Shown: positions 1 through 14,082, counted from the whole stretch's first letter. The stretch: DNA of 63,893 nucleotides, filler included, from Choristocarpus tenellus KU-1152 (GCA_964200185.2; 10 parts of 10 records of this genome joined end to end with filler, not necessarily neighbours in it), one strand, 5' to 3'. Translations and numbers: made by a program. Notes: generated from the sequence alone by a model not told the origin.

Positions 1-29
1 TCTCCCCTCCCCCCCAGATACTTTGGGTC
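1..29. mobile_element. MITE family A terminus at a contig edge; similar truncated ends at 3462-3483, 19193-19212, 31270-31290 and 51441-51468
   Basis: CCCCCAGATACTTTGGGTC, or its reverse complement, abutting gaps or the window start. Confidence 0.75.
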
Positions 30-281
30 AGTCACACCTATCTAATTTATCGTGTAGAAGAGACAAGACCCCAAAAGGAACTACTGAGACACATTCGCAT
101 GTGCACTTTCTGTATTGTCTCTTGAAAACCCACACAATCTGGAACCTCTTCCTGTATTGTCTCCTCTTGGCCTTCCATCCACCAGCATAAAATACAAAAT
201 CTCATCGTATGGACAGCATGGAGTCCTTTTTTCCAGGCACATTTCACTCGAAACATGATCACTAGTAGTGCAGAAACATAT

Positions 282-746
282 GAGTGAAAGTATCTGAGTG
301 AAAGTACCAAAGAGGGTACGAGGTTTGCCCTGTTTGTCCATTTGGGGCTTGGCTCCCTCGGGAGTTTCATGACATTTTCCTACTCCAAGGATAATGACAC
401 TTCCTAACAAACACGGTAGCCAAGATTACACCAAAATCGCATCATTGGATTTTGACCCCCAAATGGACACAACTCTACCCTCTAAGATACTTTGGCTCAT
501 CTTAGAGGGTACGAATTTTGTCCTGTTTATCTATTTGGGGCTTGGCTTCCCACGGGTTTCTTATGGCATTTTCCTATTCCAAAATATTTTGGAGTAGGTG
601 AAATGCATACATTATGAAAAGGTGTGTACGGAAAAAGGATATTGACACTTCCTAACAAACACGATAACCAAAATTATATCAAAATCACAACATTGGATTT
701 TGGCCCCCAAACGAACGCGGCTCTACCCTCTAAGATGCTTTGACTC
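282..746. mobile_element. MITE family B: outer copy (282-746) with a second, internally deleted B copy (296-498) inserted in its left inverted repeat
   Basis: The outer terminus GAGTGAAAGT-ATCT-TAGAGGGTACG is split by the inner copy, which is flanked by ATCT/ATCT. Both copies end in CTACCCTCTAAGATRCTTTGRCTC. Confidence 0.85.
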
Positions 747-1968
747 GTATGTCATATAGTTGGGTAGTCTTACCACGTTTCAAAAATGTACAACAAAAAA
801 ACGAAACAAGCGGCAAATTAGAGGATCTTGGCACAAAACAACAACAACAGACCATCCTATTCTCAATTTCTTCAAGGGCATTATGGTACGAGGCAGGCCT
901 TTGGATCACCACACCAAGTTGTCACTCAACCTCAAGATTCATACGCTCAAGGTTGAAGTACGTGTGTGCCCTTTACAGGATTGTATGACAAGGACAACTC
1001 ATGAGGAACACAATGAGTCCATAAAACCTGTTTTCACCGCCAGAAACTCCTATGGCATTGCATTGGATTGGACTGCAACCGAGAATACTGATCACATCCT
1101 GTCTGCTAAGCCATCCAATTAATTCAAAAGCAAATGAGGTCACACAAACATGATCCCTACTACCTGTTGACTACTTTCCTCACTGTTTTCTTGGGTTTTC
1201 TTTCGTCTTGTTTGTGGTATGCAAAGAGTGTTGATTGAATGGATGAAACAGATTCGTCTCTGAGTTTCGTTTTTCATGGGATCGTGTGTCATTGATTGCA
1301 TAAAATAATGTCCCGCTCTCTGCTGGGTACTAGCATGTAGTGTCTACGTCTTGACTGGTTTCCTCTTTCTGATGCTGATCTCGTTATTAATGCTTTATTT
1401 TTATTTTTTGCCTTTTATTTCACTTCTCTGTGAGCTGCAATTCACTACATGTCTGGTACCTCCAAGACTAAAGTTTAACATATTGATAACGTAATGATTA
1501 CCTGAAGAACAATATAGAAAGAATAGATAGCATATAAAATATGGTAGATGCTAGTAGTAATCCAGCAATAGACACACAAAAATGCTCCTCACTTTCTGGT
1601 TGTACCCAAGTCCCTTGGACACCAGTTTCTTGGCCAAGCTATCAGCATGAGGATTGCTTGCAACAAATACAGGTACCCTCTGAAACATTCCATGGGGAAC
1701 AAAATCGAGAATTGGGGGTGGGGTTGCACAGATGAGGAGGCTAGTCCAGATATCTCAACACCCCTCTGGGGGATGGAGTAGGAAGAGGAATGGGTAAAAG
1801 CTCATTTCCCATCAACCTGGCATCTTCTTTACAACACTTCAGCATGAGTACTTGTAAATAAGCTTATTTTCCAACCAATGTACCCTTAGAAAATCCAATA
1901 ACTTGTCAAAGAAACGCAAAAATATACAAGATCCTATCAACAACACATTCAAGGATTGCCCAAACTCA

Positions 1969-2226
1969 GACCCAAAGCGTTTAAGAGGGTAGGAATTTTG
2001 CCCTGTTTGTCTGTTTGGGGCTTGTCTTCCCACGGTTTTTCTTTGCCCTTTCTTGGTTTTCTAAATATTTCGGAGTAGGTAAAACGTATACAACTATGAA
2101 AGGTGTGTCCAGAGCAAGGATAATGACTCTTGCTAACAAACATGATAGCCAAAATAACATCAAAATCTCAGTATTAGATTTTTGAACCCAAACAGATGCG
2201 TTCCTACCCTCCTAATGCTTTGACTC
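1969..2226. mobile_element. MITE family B, full copy
   Basis: Termini GACCCAAAGCGTTTAAGAGGGTAG...CTACCCTCCTAATGCTTTGACTC; TSD TCA/TCA; collinear with 499-746. Confidence 0.9.
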
Positions 2227-3483
2227 TCATCTGACCAAAAAAAAAAGTCAGCAGACACGTCAAAAATGGGTCTGTGTCAGTAATCCTCCGTGCAATGGAT
2301 GTTTCTGTGGTATGCAAAATGTTTCAAATGTGCTGTAAAAGGCAACAGCTATCATTACCAGGGACTGCACTCACCCGATCAAACAATATGCCCAGGATAT
2401 TCATTCCAGTAATATGCATATGCCTTGCCCTGGAACCGCCACTATCGACTCTGTAGAAGCAAGATGGAACAGCAGGAATCAATAGATAGCAGTAAGGGCA
2501 TTGAAGAGGGATGGTGAAGCTTAGAGAAATATATTAACTACCGAGGAATGATAAGAACGGCAGAGACAAGCAGGCGAGACCAGTTTAAGATAAGGCATTC
2601 TTGACAACAAAACTGAAAAGGCTCCTGGAGGTCAAGAGGATGGGGGTGGAGTAATAGATCACCAAGATCGTGCAAAAATGTATCACTGCAACAAATAGAG
2701 TGAAAGTGTGGGGAAAGGTAAGTAAGAAGGAAGGGAGGATAGGGGGGGTATGGACCACAGGACGGATTAGATCTTACCAAAGAGTGCAACGATATCTCAG
2801 CCTGTGTAAATTTCTCTCCTAAAGATCTAAGGGGGGTGTGCATAGGTTTACAGAAGATGATACCGCGAGTGAAAGGGTGATATGGGCATAAAATATCACA
2901 GTAGTGTCACTTTGGAGATTACCTTCACAGGTGGTCTGGGAGGGGTGCTTTGACTGTACAGAAAATAGACACATACATACACACGATGCCCTCAACTCAC
3001 TCAAACACCTCACCTCGCATGAGCACCCCCTGTGTAACCCTCCTGTGCTTCCAGCAGGTTGACAATGTTGCTCATTTCCAGAGACAGTCGATTTGGTTGT
3101 CCTTCACCTAATTTTGTGTGGTGCCCACAGTTGGAAGTGATTGAGGAGGAATGCAGGGGTCACAACATGATCTCATTTACTAAAAAAAATTGTGAGCCAA
3201 CAAACAAAGGAGAAAACATACAATAGAGCATGATAGATAGATATTTCGCCCATTGTAGCTATAGTCTAGCAAGGTGTTCTAGTGTGCCCCAGCTAACTCA
3301 CTAACGCACCAGTAGGGCTAGCAAGTCAAGCTCTTTGGTATTCAATAAGGTGCAACATATACCCCAAGAACGGAAATATCAGTCAAGGTATGACATTCAA
3401 AAACCACAATTTTCTTGCCTCACATACCCCAATCCTTCATGTTCCCCCTACCCACCGAGATGGGTCAAAGTATCTGAGGGGTG

Positions 3484-3583
3484 NNNNNNNNNNNNNNNNN
3501 NNNNNNNNNNNNNNNNNNNNNNNNNNNTTAATTAATTAANNNNNNNNNNNNNNNNNNNNNNNNNNNNNNNNNNNNNNNNNNNN
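3484..3583. other. Artificial contig spacer N44-TTAATTAATTAA-N44; also at 8999-9098, 19093-19192, 22118-22217, 26137-26236, 31170-31269, 51478-51577, 56500-56599 and 60918-61017
   Basis: Nine identical 100-nt spacers. TTAATTAATTAA puts stops in all six frames. Confidence 0.98.
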
Positions 3584-5831
3584 GTCACCTATTGGTGTAG
3601 CCGTACCATGTGCTTCGATATAATCGATGTCTTCAATAGTAAGGTTTGCATTCTTACATATTCTCATTATTTGGAACTCACTAGCCAATCACTTCTTGAA
3701 GGGGGATGCAAAGACCAAAAAATTGTGTTGTTCTGTAGCACCTTCTATGAGAGTAGGGAGGAATAGGAAGCATGTTGTTGAACATCTTGATTACTGTGAT
3801 CGCTCATCACGGGTTCAAACCTCCCGCAAACCCCAGCAAAGAAAATAAAATAGTTATTAGAGTTTAGGAGTATTATTGAACACTTGACTGAAAACAGACA
3901 ACCTTCAGTCCATCAAGTTGTACGCGACATGATCTCTTGTTTCCGATTTCTCCTGACTTACATGAAAGAAGGAATACCAAATCTTTTCCTCGAACACACT
4001 TTCACTAAAAATTGACGTACACAAAAGGGGGTGTAAGGTTCGTATTCACGAATTTTGACTGAACTCCCCCACTATACCTCCAACCTAACTTCTGTTGTAC
4101 TTACGATACCAGGTTTTCGTTAGTTTTTATCCTGGCACATCTACCAAAGGTTAAGAGGGCATAATGTATATATTATGTTGTTAATAATGATGGCATTACA
4201 CGAAATTTCAATCCTTCACCCTGTCTAGTAGGAATATACTTAGACGGGATTCGACTCATATCGGAAGCATGTTGTAGGATCGCGTTGTAATGCCAAAAAA
4301 AAGTTTGTTGAAGAGTATGTGTATCAATGGACGAATCTCGTAACACAAGTAAGTGTGCAAATGCAGAGAACTCTTACTTGTAACTATAACAAGAATATAC
4401 ACTAAGTAGGAGTATACTACATTTGAAATTCAAGTATGGTACTACTCTTACTATATAATAACAATATAGAGTTAATGACCGATGGGGGAAGTGAGTACAA
4501 CATTATAATAGTTCAATACAAAATCGCAAACAACCATTGCCAACAGGACTTTCTTCTTGGTTGTCTCACACAACTCGGGTTGTAACATTTTTTGACCGTC
4601 CTGATGGTCTGCCTTTTAGGTAGTTCGCAACAGAAGTCAACCTCTATAGTTTCACTTCACTCCATCGGCAAAAGAATAAAAATGAAAACGGTACCTCAAC
4701 CAATCTCAACACAACGAGCTAAAGAGGGACCAAGAATTGTGCAAAGGAACTAACTCTCCCCCTCTCCTCCTGTTGTCTCTTTCATCATAGAAGGTCCATA
4801 TTGATCCGCATGACAAGCAAAAGCAGGACTTACAAAACGAAGCGGCAGATGCAAGCTAAGTAAACAATGTATTCTAGCACATACCACCACAATTTCCTAG
4901 ATAGAAAAGGACACAACAAATGCAGTCAGACAAGCAGAGGACAACTCGACTGAACTAATGATGTATGATACACAGGTTTTCCCCAACTCCTTGCCATGGA
5001 ACAACTCTCGTATTTTCAGCTTTCTCAATCCGTCACCCTTCACTCCCTTCTACGTACCATTTCACTGTATCTCTTTCAGAAAAAATACTAATATGTTTAT
5101 GTATGCATGACCATTTGCTTTCTCAAGAAACGCCTGTTCCACACCCTGGGCATCGATCTTCTTCCTGCCTCCACTGGCAGCTTCAGCTGCCCAACACACC
5201 ACTCCATTTCTACTGCCTCCTATGCATCGATCCTCTCACCACACCTTGGAAACACAAGGCCAGCAAAAACCCTCGACCTACTCTCAAAATAACTCCTAGA
5301 GCCAGGCATTCTTTGCTAAGAACAATGTCTGGGGGGAGGGGACTCACTCCAGGAATCACGTACCTATGGGCAAGCCAAACAGAGTCAAAGGAGACCCAGT
5401 ACAGAAGCGGTATATCACCACCTCTCTGCACCCCACCCCAAATTCCCTACCTCCAAATTGCTTCTATCCCCTGTGATTTGACCCATCCCCACCCACACCT
5501 TGAAACAACACATCGACGACAACATCGGGGCCCACAAGCACAAAATTAGTACAAACTCAATTATCAACTATCAGACCCGACTCCATCCCCGAACCAAGGG
5601 TCCTCCAGCAGACTAGAGCCTCACTTGACAAGAAGAGCAGGAGAGGCCAGCACTACATGGACTAACACACACAATCACCAACCCATACAAAAAAACTCCA
5701 ATTGCATGATCATCAGATGCGCCACCCCCCCCCCTCCTCTACTTTTTTTTTCTTCTCAATATCTAGCATGGGACACTTCGTTCTCTGTTTTCCCGCCCCC
5801 ATTTTCTTGTAGGGTAAGAAGAAACCGGCCC

Positions 5832-7280
5832 TTAGAAGAAGGCGAGGAGGTCGTCAAAGGAGCGCTCCAGCTTCTCGAGCTTCTTGTTCAAGATATCCAC
5901 CTTTTGGGGTTTCAAGAAAAGAAGGCGTGTAGATCACCATGATAACCTCCCGACAACGGGCTGGACTGACTTCCTAGGGGTAAGTGAGTAAGCATCACCG
6001 GCGATTCTAGGTGCTCCCACCACCAACAAAGTTTGATTGCAAACCACACACTCAATCAAGGCAGTAAACCAATCATTTTGCAGATACGCACTACACACAT
6101 TCTGGAGCACACATGGAAGGGTTGGAGCTTTGTAAAAAGAGACTACAGCAGCAGTACGGGTTCGTCAAGAAAGCGTAGATAGACTGTAGCAGGACACAGC
6201 GAATCGGTGAACAATGTCCTCACAAAACGTTGGGCAGCGAAAGACACACCTGGGCTGCCCAAACACTTCAAAATAAACAAAATAAATAATAAATAATAAA
6301 AAAATAAAAAATGTGAACCAACGCGCGCGCGTGTGCGTACACCGTTGGATACATCCGTATACATCTGGATACATCTGGATACATCTGGATACAACGGGAT
6401 TATCATCATAATCAGACCGATCTTGTCTTCGACTCGAACAAAGAGCATCAGACCTCCAAGCATCAGACCCGTACCTTCCGCTTGGAGCGCGGCTTGTCCT
6501 CCTTCATCCGGGAAGCGTCACCGAATTCGATGACATCCTGAATCATATTCCTGTCAGGCATGTTAGGCAGTGCGGACAAGAACGTTCACGAGGCACAGGA
6601 CACATTGGACATAGGGTTAGGGTTAGGGGTAGGGTAGGTGTTATGCAAAAGAGAGTTCAGAGAGGGTTAGGGGTTGGGATTAGGGTTATGAGGGATGCCA
6701 AGACAGGGCATGGGGTTAGGGTTGGTTGGGGGACACACAATGAAAGGGAACACGCCATAGAAATTTTAGGGAGACTCAACTGAGATGGAGAAAGCAAACT
6801 AATTGAGGACGGAGAGGGGAATACGGATGAAGTGCTGAGTGCATAGGGAGGGGAGCTACGATGACATGTGAACCGACTGGTTGAACCAAAGGTGTTGATA
6901 TGTTGATACGTTGACACATTGATACACGGTCTTGTGCACCTGCACACATGCTCGCTCCGCCACCTTATCACGAACCCTTTCCTCACCTCATCAGCGGTGC
7001 TACTTGCCTCCAAGTAGCACACGCTGATAACCACACCACACTGTTCATACATACACAGTATTGAGAGCGGGTCGGACTTGACCTCCGCAGCTCACTCGCT
7101 ACGTGGGAGGGGGGGATCATTCACGAGTTTGGTGGGATGTCTTCACCTGATCAGGCGGTCAGTGCCGCGCTGTGTGTCCTCGTCGAATACACTGTTTGCC
7201 TCATTGAGTGCCACCCGAAGCTGAGAGAAGTTGAAGCTGGTCTTGATCTTTTTCTGCAGATCTGCCTGGTCGTTCTTGCT
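5832..7280 (-). CDS. 3' exons of a small helical protein of unknown function (resembles a conserved ochrophyte, probably plastid, protein)
   Basis: Exons 7280-7147 (SKNDQADLQKKIKTSFNFSQLRVALNEANSVFDEDTQRGTDRLIR, phase 2), 6550-6475 (NMIQDVIEFGDASRMKEDKPRSKRK), 5900-5832 (VDILNKKLEKLERSFDDLLAFF*). Canonical splice sites and coding-like codon bias. Absent from the ORF track. Confidence 0.75.
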
Positions 7281-9739
7281 CTGACCTCAACACAGCCACC
7301 ATATTACACAGATATGAGGAGGCGATCGGGAGGGAATCGGGACTTCAAACAAGGCAAAAGCGCACTGGGACAAAGTCAGGCGCCAAAGTAGTCAGGACCC
7401 CAGGGAGAGATGTGAACAAAGGCTCCAAGTTCATTATGGGACGGCCTCCATGGGAGCAACAGCCACAACTTGGACCAAAAACCGCCTCTGTTCTAAGGAG
7501 AGCAACCAAGGCATATCTAAGGGCTAGACAGTCCACAATCCGTGTTTGTAGACGCTAGCTCAACACTACAACCATGGGGCAACCTAGTACAGGCCTGACC
7601 TGTCTCACGTCAAGATCGGCTTGAACAACATCGTAAACCCTATTCTGCACTTCACTAGCAGGATCAATCTCAACCTAAACACCACAAGGAGTCGTGGCGG
7701 TCAACTCACTACCACCGACACTGTTAAGGGCCTGATTTCCTGGAACCTCTCCAACCTGATGGCAACCTGCACCAAATCCTCTTACCACCAAACCCAGAAC
7801 AACACCCACTTCAAGCAAAACCCTTCTACTAAACCTTTTTCACTTTTCTTATATCTTCCTCCCCAATTGGACCTTGCACAACACACGTCCCATGCTGCCC
7901 TAGCATTTAAAAATGCTAGGGCATCTATCTATATACAAGCACATAATGACATCATGGGATTGCAGACATAGCCAGCAACAGTGGGAGGTGACACAAACTC
8001 TACCACTACGTACGGTGGACTCTACCAACTATCATAGATTGAACGATAAGCGGTAAGCACTAGAATCTTGAACAAACTATGAACAAACTATCACAGATTC
8101 GCACCTCACACTGCCTCTACCCTTAACACACACCCAACATTTACACCTCTTTACCCTCACACACCCTCAAACAAACTACCCTTGTGCACAGTAAAATTGG
8201 GGGCTTGCATTGCACAAAATAAAAAACAAAGCACACGATTGTAGTTGGGATAAAACACAAAAACATGTATCCCTCCCCTCATGGAGAGAGTGTGTCAGAA
8301 TCAAGCTTTAAACCAGGTAATGATGAAATACGCTCCAATAATCGTTTTCACTACCCACGAGAGTTTCAATCAAGAGGTCAATAGAACATTGGGAAGGGAG
8401 TGGTGATCCTAACGAAAGACACATTTGAGAAGAGGAACTATTGACCACGGCAGTGCTTCCTTCTCAAGGCCATCACATGTCCTCCACTTGGAACCATGAA
8501 CAGTACTTCAGTACAACAGGGGTCCAAGCTGAAGATTTTACAGTGCTTGTAAATAGGGCTGCCATGATATGTACATACATCCATAAGAAATTGCCAATCG
8601 AAACATCCCAGACTGTTACAGTAGCATCTTGAACTGGTCATGAACCTGTTTGAATTAGCACCTCTCTCTCTCTCATAGCAACAACTAATGATGTTGTTAG
8701 ACAGCCATGCTCCTGGTGACAACTGAGACAAGATCTATTTGTTACTGAGATCAATTGCATCCAAACTTCATCCTTCCAGATAAGGGACCGAATCAGATGC
8801 CTCCCTTTGAACTTGTGCTCACAACAGAGGTTAAATTTTTCAGAATGCCAGTATCGTTTCGAGCAATAAACAACAAACTGCACAGAGATTAAAAACCTCT
8901 GAGACTCTCCTTTTATGTACACCAATAAAATCAATAAAACCCTGTTGAACACGAACAGAGAGTCTCCCCCCCTCCCTCTCCCCCTTCCCACACTCATCNN
9001 NNNNNNNNNNNNNNNNNNNNNNNNNNNNNNNNNNNNNNNNNNTTAATTAATTAANNNNNNNNNNNNNNNNNNNNNNNNNNNNNNNNNNNNNNNNNNNNGC
9101 CCAGTTTTTTTTTTTTTTTCTTGGAGAGGAGGGGTAAGATGCCCCAGTTTCGTGCCCGTTTTTTGTTAGTGATTTTCCTTCGTTCCGGCATGTTTTTTTT
9201 TTTTGTGGGTGCGTTTAGATTAAGAAAAGTGCCCTTACACTTTACACGTTCACTCAAATGGCACGGAAACCATTACAGGGTCGCGCAGGCCCCAAACGGG
9301 CACCTGCCCCACCCTCTCTAGGATACTATCGGTCCATGTACGCGATAAATGTATTTGTATCTTGTTGTAGGGAATAGGTAAAGGGTGCGACGATGGTGCT
9401 CATTAGCAAAGGTGTCTCAATTGTTTCTTTTGTAGAGAAAGAAGAGTGTGGGAACCCCTATGGGAGTAACTTTCCATTTCGGAAGAAGGATGTAGAAGAG
9501 TACGACAAGACATTAATTGAATGTGCATTACCATGCTGATGTATAGCTTGCACAAACATGAAAGACACATATATGAAATATTGTAGTTGAGAACGGGAAT
9601 CGTATATTTCGGATCTCAAGTAAAAGAAAGTGCATATGGAAAATCTTGAAGTCAGACTCCCAAGAGGAGATTCATGAGGTTTGGCGGACTCTGCAGGGCA
9701 GTGTTGACTATTGAGACTGGCACCCTTTCTCTTCTTCAT

Positions 9740-9915
9740 GGCTCAAGGTATCTGAGGGGGTGTGGCTATCCATTTGTGGTCAATTTTTTCATGTCACGAT
9801 TTTGGCATGATTTGGTTGCATACGTCGGATGGATAATGAAAATGTACTTTTCCCGATTTTGGTCCAAATGAACACCCTGGTGTAGACCTCCCTTCCCCAC
9901 CAGATACTCTGGGTC
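9740..9915. mobile_element. MITE family A, full copy
   Basis: GGCTCAAGGTATCTGAGGGG...CCCCACCAGATACTCTGGGTC; flanked by TCAT/TCAT. Confidence 0.88.
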
Positions 9916-12693
9916 TCATTTGTGTAGAAGCTGCACTTCTAAGAGGACCGATATTTCTTAACCTCAACGCTCTTTGTGTGCGCCTTCTCCCAGTTCTGAC
10001 TCAAGCATTGCATCACTTTGTCAGCAAGCATATGGTACATGTAAAATCTATGGGTATTTGGGGGCGTGCGTTGTTGTTGTTGTTGAAGTTGTGTATGGCA
10101 TTGTTGCCAAGAAAGTAGGTGGAAGTGTTGCTCAAATGGACGTGACACAAGATACTGTAATTCCTACAAACTTGCACTGCTATGTTAATATATATTATGC
10201 ACGGCTCGATCATCTGTCAGGGAGAGATAGACAAGTTTGGCTTGGGGGAGATGATCAAAAGTAAATAAAAACGTATTCGTGTATGACTCAAGTTTTGCCT
10301 TAAAATGGAGGTCAATATATACCAATTGAAAATTATTTTGAAGCTGTGAGAGTACATGAAGGATTGTGTCAGGGAATGAAAAAAATTCCTCTCTTGCACA
10401 CAATTGTAATAACTCGCTGCTCAATTTTGTGTATAGAGATTGTTTGTGTCCTTTCTCCTGCCACCTCTGAGTCATGTTCTTGACGTAGTAGAGTCTCAAT
10501 TTCACGGAGGTTGATTGGCAAGGGAGTTCGAAGTTGGTATTGAATACAGAATACAGACACTCAAGAGGGGGTTGCAAGGGACGCCCAGGAGATTGAAAGA
10601 CAATCTTCACCACACTTTAGTCTGAGTCACAGATATGAACACAGGAACACAAACAGAGTGAGACCACCCTCTAACCTTGGTCCCTTGGATCATGCAGGTT
10701 CGACGACCAACATCTTCCATAAAGGTCCGATGAAGGGAAGTCCTCACACTCGCATGCATCCGCTCCCATTTAGCCACTCGCATGCACCCACCTGGACCTC
10801 AAAAAAACACCCTCACACTTGTCCAATCTGAGTGTCAGGAAATTGGTTGCAAAAATAAGGAGTGTTTGTCAGGACAATTGCCTACGTACCCACTTTCTGA
10901 TACACAATCTGTTACAGGCGAATAGCGTGGGTATTTCTTCCCGCGCTTTAACTGGCACGAGCACTATACACGCGTGGGGAACCCCAAAAGGGAGAACTCC
11001 TATTTGCCTAAAAGTTGCAGAATAAACTGTAACTCGGATAGTTGCAGATGGTCATGAATGAATGGTCGGAAAGGGTTCTGAGATACATACCAGTATTTAC
11101 GAACCCGAAAACCTCCCCAAAACGCAAATGATGACTACTAGAGTTCCTAAAAACGGCTCAAAACGACTCAAAGCGGCTCAGTTAATTCTGACCTAACAGA
11201 GAGACCCACATAACGCACTCTTAACTGATGCTAAACTTTATATACATTTTATACTCATTGATTCAATTAAGAGTACCCGTGTTCTGCTGAGCTGACGTTC
11301 GATAATCTGGGAATTGGACTTGACTGGTACATCCTGGAAAGGTGAGCATCGAGGGGCGCCTGCAACAAATCTGGGAACGATGAGTACGAACAGGAAAGGG
11401 GCAAACAGTGTCAGTCTGCTAATGAAATCTACTGCTGAGGGTATGGTAGCAAACCAAGATAAATATCCCAGAAGGATACTTGTCTGCCCCTCATGTGCAG
11501 GATTGAGTACTTAAGGCAAATGCACCCAAACAAATCCTCCTAGTGTTTGATGGGATCGCGAATAGACCACGTAGACCACCGTTATGTGATACAGTGCACA
11601 ACCCTCCCCCAACCATATCTACCTATCCAGCAGCACCCTGGATCTCGATTGGGAGTCCCTATAAGCGTTTTTCTAAACACACGTGCAACAAGAAACTCAA
11701 ATGACGCACCTTTCGTTCCCAAAAATTCGTTCCTCAAATGATAAAAAATGGTTTGCTTTGTTCTATAACGATGAGGATATTTGTAAGTAGATATAGAAGC
11801 CTACGAACGTATATAGGGTTATGGGCTCTTTCAAACTTTTCCAAGATTTCGTTGACACTCCAATTATTATTAATACACATAAATGGGTGAGATGGACTTG
11901 AAACGAAGCTTATTCACGAGGTTGAGAAGTTGGCGCAAGCGCATCGAGACATCAGCTTTTATGTCACAGCATATCATTGTTCGATTTTTCAAACGAGTAG
12001 TCTTCCCCTAATATCGCACGAAAGGGGTTGATCGCTGACATTGCCTTGAACTAGGTGTGGTGTTTAGAGTGCGTTTATGGTGCTCTGCTAAGTAAGGTTT
12101 CGTGAAGCAGCTAGTCAGTGTTTGTTTTGAAACTGATATCATCAAGAAATATGTGCAGGAGTTGAGGGACGAGTTCTCTGTACAAATATAGGGGTTGATG
12201 TTTGAAGCTTCTTGCATCATTTTGGCATCTACCAAATTAATCGTTGTCAAACTTGAATACACACTCTCTACAAAAAGTAGAAGAGGTATGGAAACACGCA
12301 CCAATCAATGACGATGAACTATTTAAGAAAATAGTATTGTTCAGCCTGGTGAAGTTTGCACTGTCTAAAGTTCATTCTTCCTGATGTTTTTTTTACAATT
12401 TGCTACCAATGATTGTCGGGCAAAACATGAAATTTATTGTGTGGAGGAGGGTATCGGGTACAATTGAAGGAATGGGATAATTTTTCGGTCTTGATGAGGA
12501 GGTTGAGAACAACTTGAGTAGAGAAGTCAGCTGAGTCTTGTGTACTTGTGAATGTGTAATCTTAACAAGGACTACGTCACCGTTGTTCTACAATGGATTT
12601 TACATCATGTGATGCATGTGGGAAAGGTGTTCCACATCGATTTATTGGGAAAGTGGGCGTTGATCAAACTTCTAAGAACACTACGGTGGAGCT

Positions 12694-12921
12694 CAGGGGA
12701 GATCCCGTCTTCAGGAGCACCCACTACAGCGGGGAACACTTTTTATTTTCACTAGTTCAGGTTATTTTTGGTTAGGGTTAGGGTTAGGGTTAGGGTTAGG
12801 GTTAGGTTGGGGTTAGGTTGGGGTTAGGTTGGGGTTAGGTTGGGGTTAGATTCTCGAAGAAGAGTGCGGAAAGTGTTCCCCGAGGACAGTGGGGGATCCC
12901 GAAGACAGGGGATCTACCCTG
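12694..12921. mobile_element. Non-autonomous inverted-repeat element enclosing a telomeric (TTAGGG)/(TTAGGTTGGGG) array
   Basis: Left arm CAGGGGAGATCCC-GTCTTCAGGAGCACCCACTACAGCGGGGAACACTTT vs reverse complement of right arm CAGGGTAGATCCCCTGTCTTCGGGATCCCCCACTGTCCTCGGGGAACACTTT (~50 bp). Array at ~12770-12849. No clear TSD. Confidence 0.65.
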
Positions 12922-13803
12922 TGCACTGCAACGTAGAAGTGTCCAATTCTTCTGTTTATCAACCGCTATTAATACGTCGCTCCCCTTTTCGCCTTTCATT
13001 TTTGTTTTCTTTTTTTCTTTTTTTCTTTTTTCTTTTTTCTTTTTCTCGTGGAAATGGAAGTGAGGAACCATCGCTGTTCTATTTTTTCTAAGATAAAAAT
13101 TCGGTAGTTGGAACAATCGAACTCTCTAAATGCCAAACCCACTCTAACCACTATGCAAAATATATATATATAATTTTTTTTTGGAGGTATTCTGGTTTTG
13201 TTGTGATGCAAAATCCATGTGGCAAGCGGTGTGGATTGTGGACCTTCCTTCTCTACTCTTTACCACCTACCTGTACGTCACGTACGAACAATAACCTCAG
13301 CGCAGAGGACCATGAGAAACTTGAGAGTATCACGGGTAGAGTATGTCCTGGATGACGGCATAATGTAATTTATCTAGCAGACAATGTAATTTATTATTAT
13401 GCCCTCTGACATTTTGCAGATGTGTCAGGGGAAAACCAATGAAAACTATATACATAGAAAACTATATACATACATGTATATAAAATGTCCTCAACATAAG
13501 AATACTACAAGACAATGCGTGGAAACCAGACAATGTAACAGGGATTTCAGATGATTATTGCAAATTATCTCAACGTCACCTAATGATCGTTGAACATTGC
13601 ATGCGTGTCGTTCTTGTCATGTACAACTAACTATACACATACAACTGCATTTTTTGTCAGACAGATGACGTCCACAATTTTGTATGATCGGTTTGCTTAA
13701 CTTTCACTTGTAACTTCGCCAACGATTCAAGTGCGACAACGATCGTACAGTAGTGAGGTTGATAGGATAGGGCGGAAGGGGGTACATACCACGAGTGGTA
13801 GGG

Positions 13804-14082
13804 ATGCGCGCGATTTCTCGAGCGTTGACCGCGCATTCTGGCCTTCTAACACCCTTACACCTCTACACTAGGTCACTATTCCAGTCACATCTGTCCCCCC
13901 CCTCCTGTACCTGGTTCACTAGCGACGGTGCCAGGCGAAGAAGTTCAACTTCCATACCTTGTAAGGAGAGCGAATCGGAGGGACTTTTGTTACCAAATAT
14001 GGATGCGAAACAGCTACGGGTCGGCTTCATTGGGGCTGGCATGATGGCATCTGCTCTGATTAACGGGGTCATTGCTGCCAAG
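13804..14082 (+). CDS. Pyrroline-5-carboxylate reductase, first-exon copy A, with N-terminal extension (putative mitochondrial presequence)
   Basis: ATG 13804 (MRAISRALTAHSGLL..; internal ATG 13999) runs to MDAKQLRVGFIGAGMMASALINGVIAAK|GTGAGT (phase 0). The GxGxMA Rossmann motif is typical of P5CR. Downstream exons were not found before the gap. Confidence 0.7.

Noticed and set aside
2538-3013. Possible LINE/LTR remnants here and at ~10000-10600, 20150-20480 and 24050-24650
   Set aside because: Only vague motif resemblance; cannot be assigned without a profile search.
10690-10720. GGTTCGA B-box-like motif (also ~3810)
   Set aside because: No cloverleaf or A-box could be built, so no tRNA or SINE call was made.
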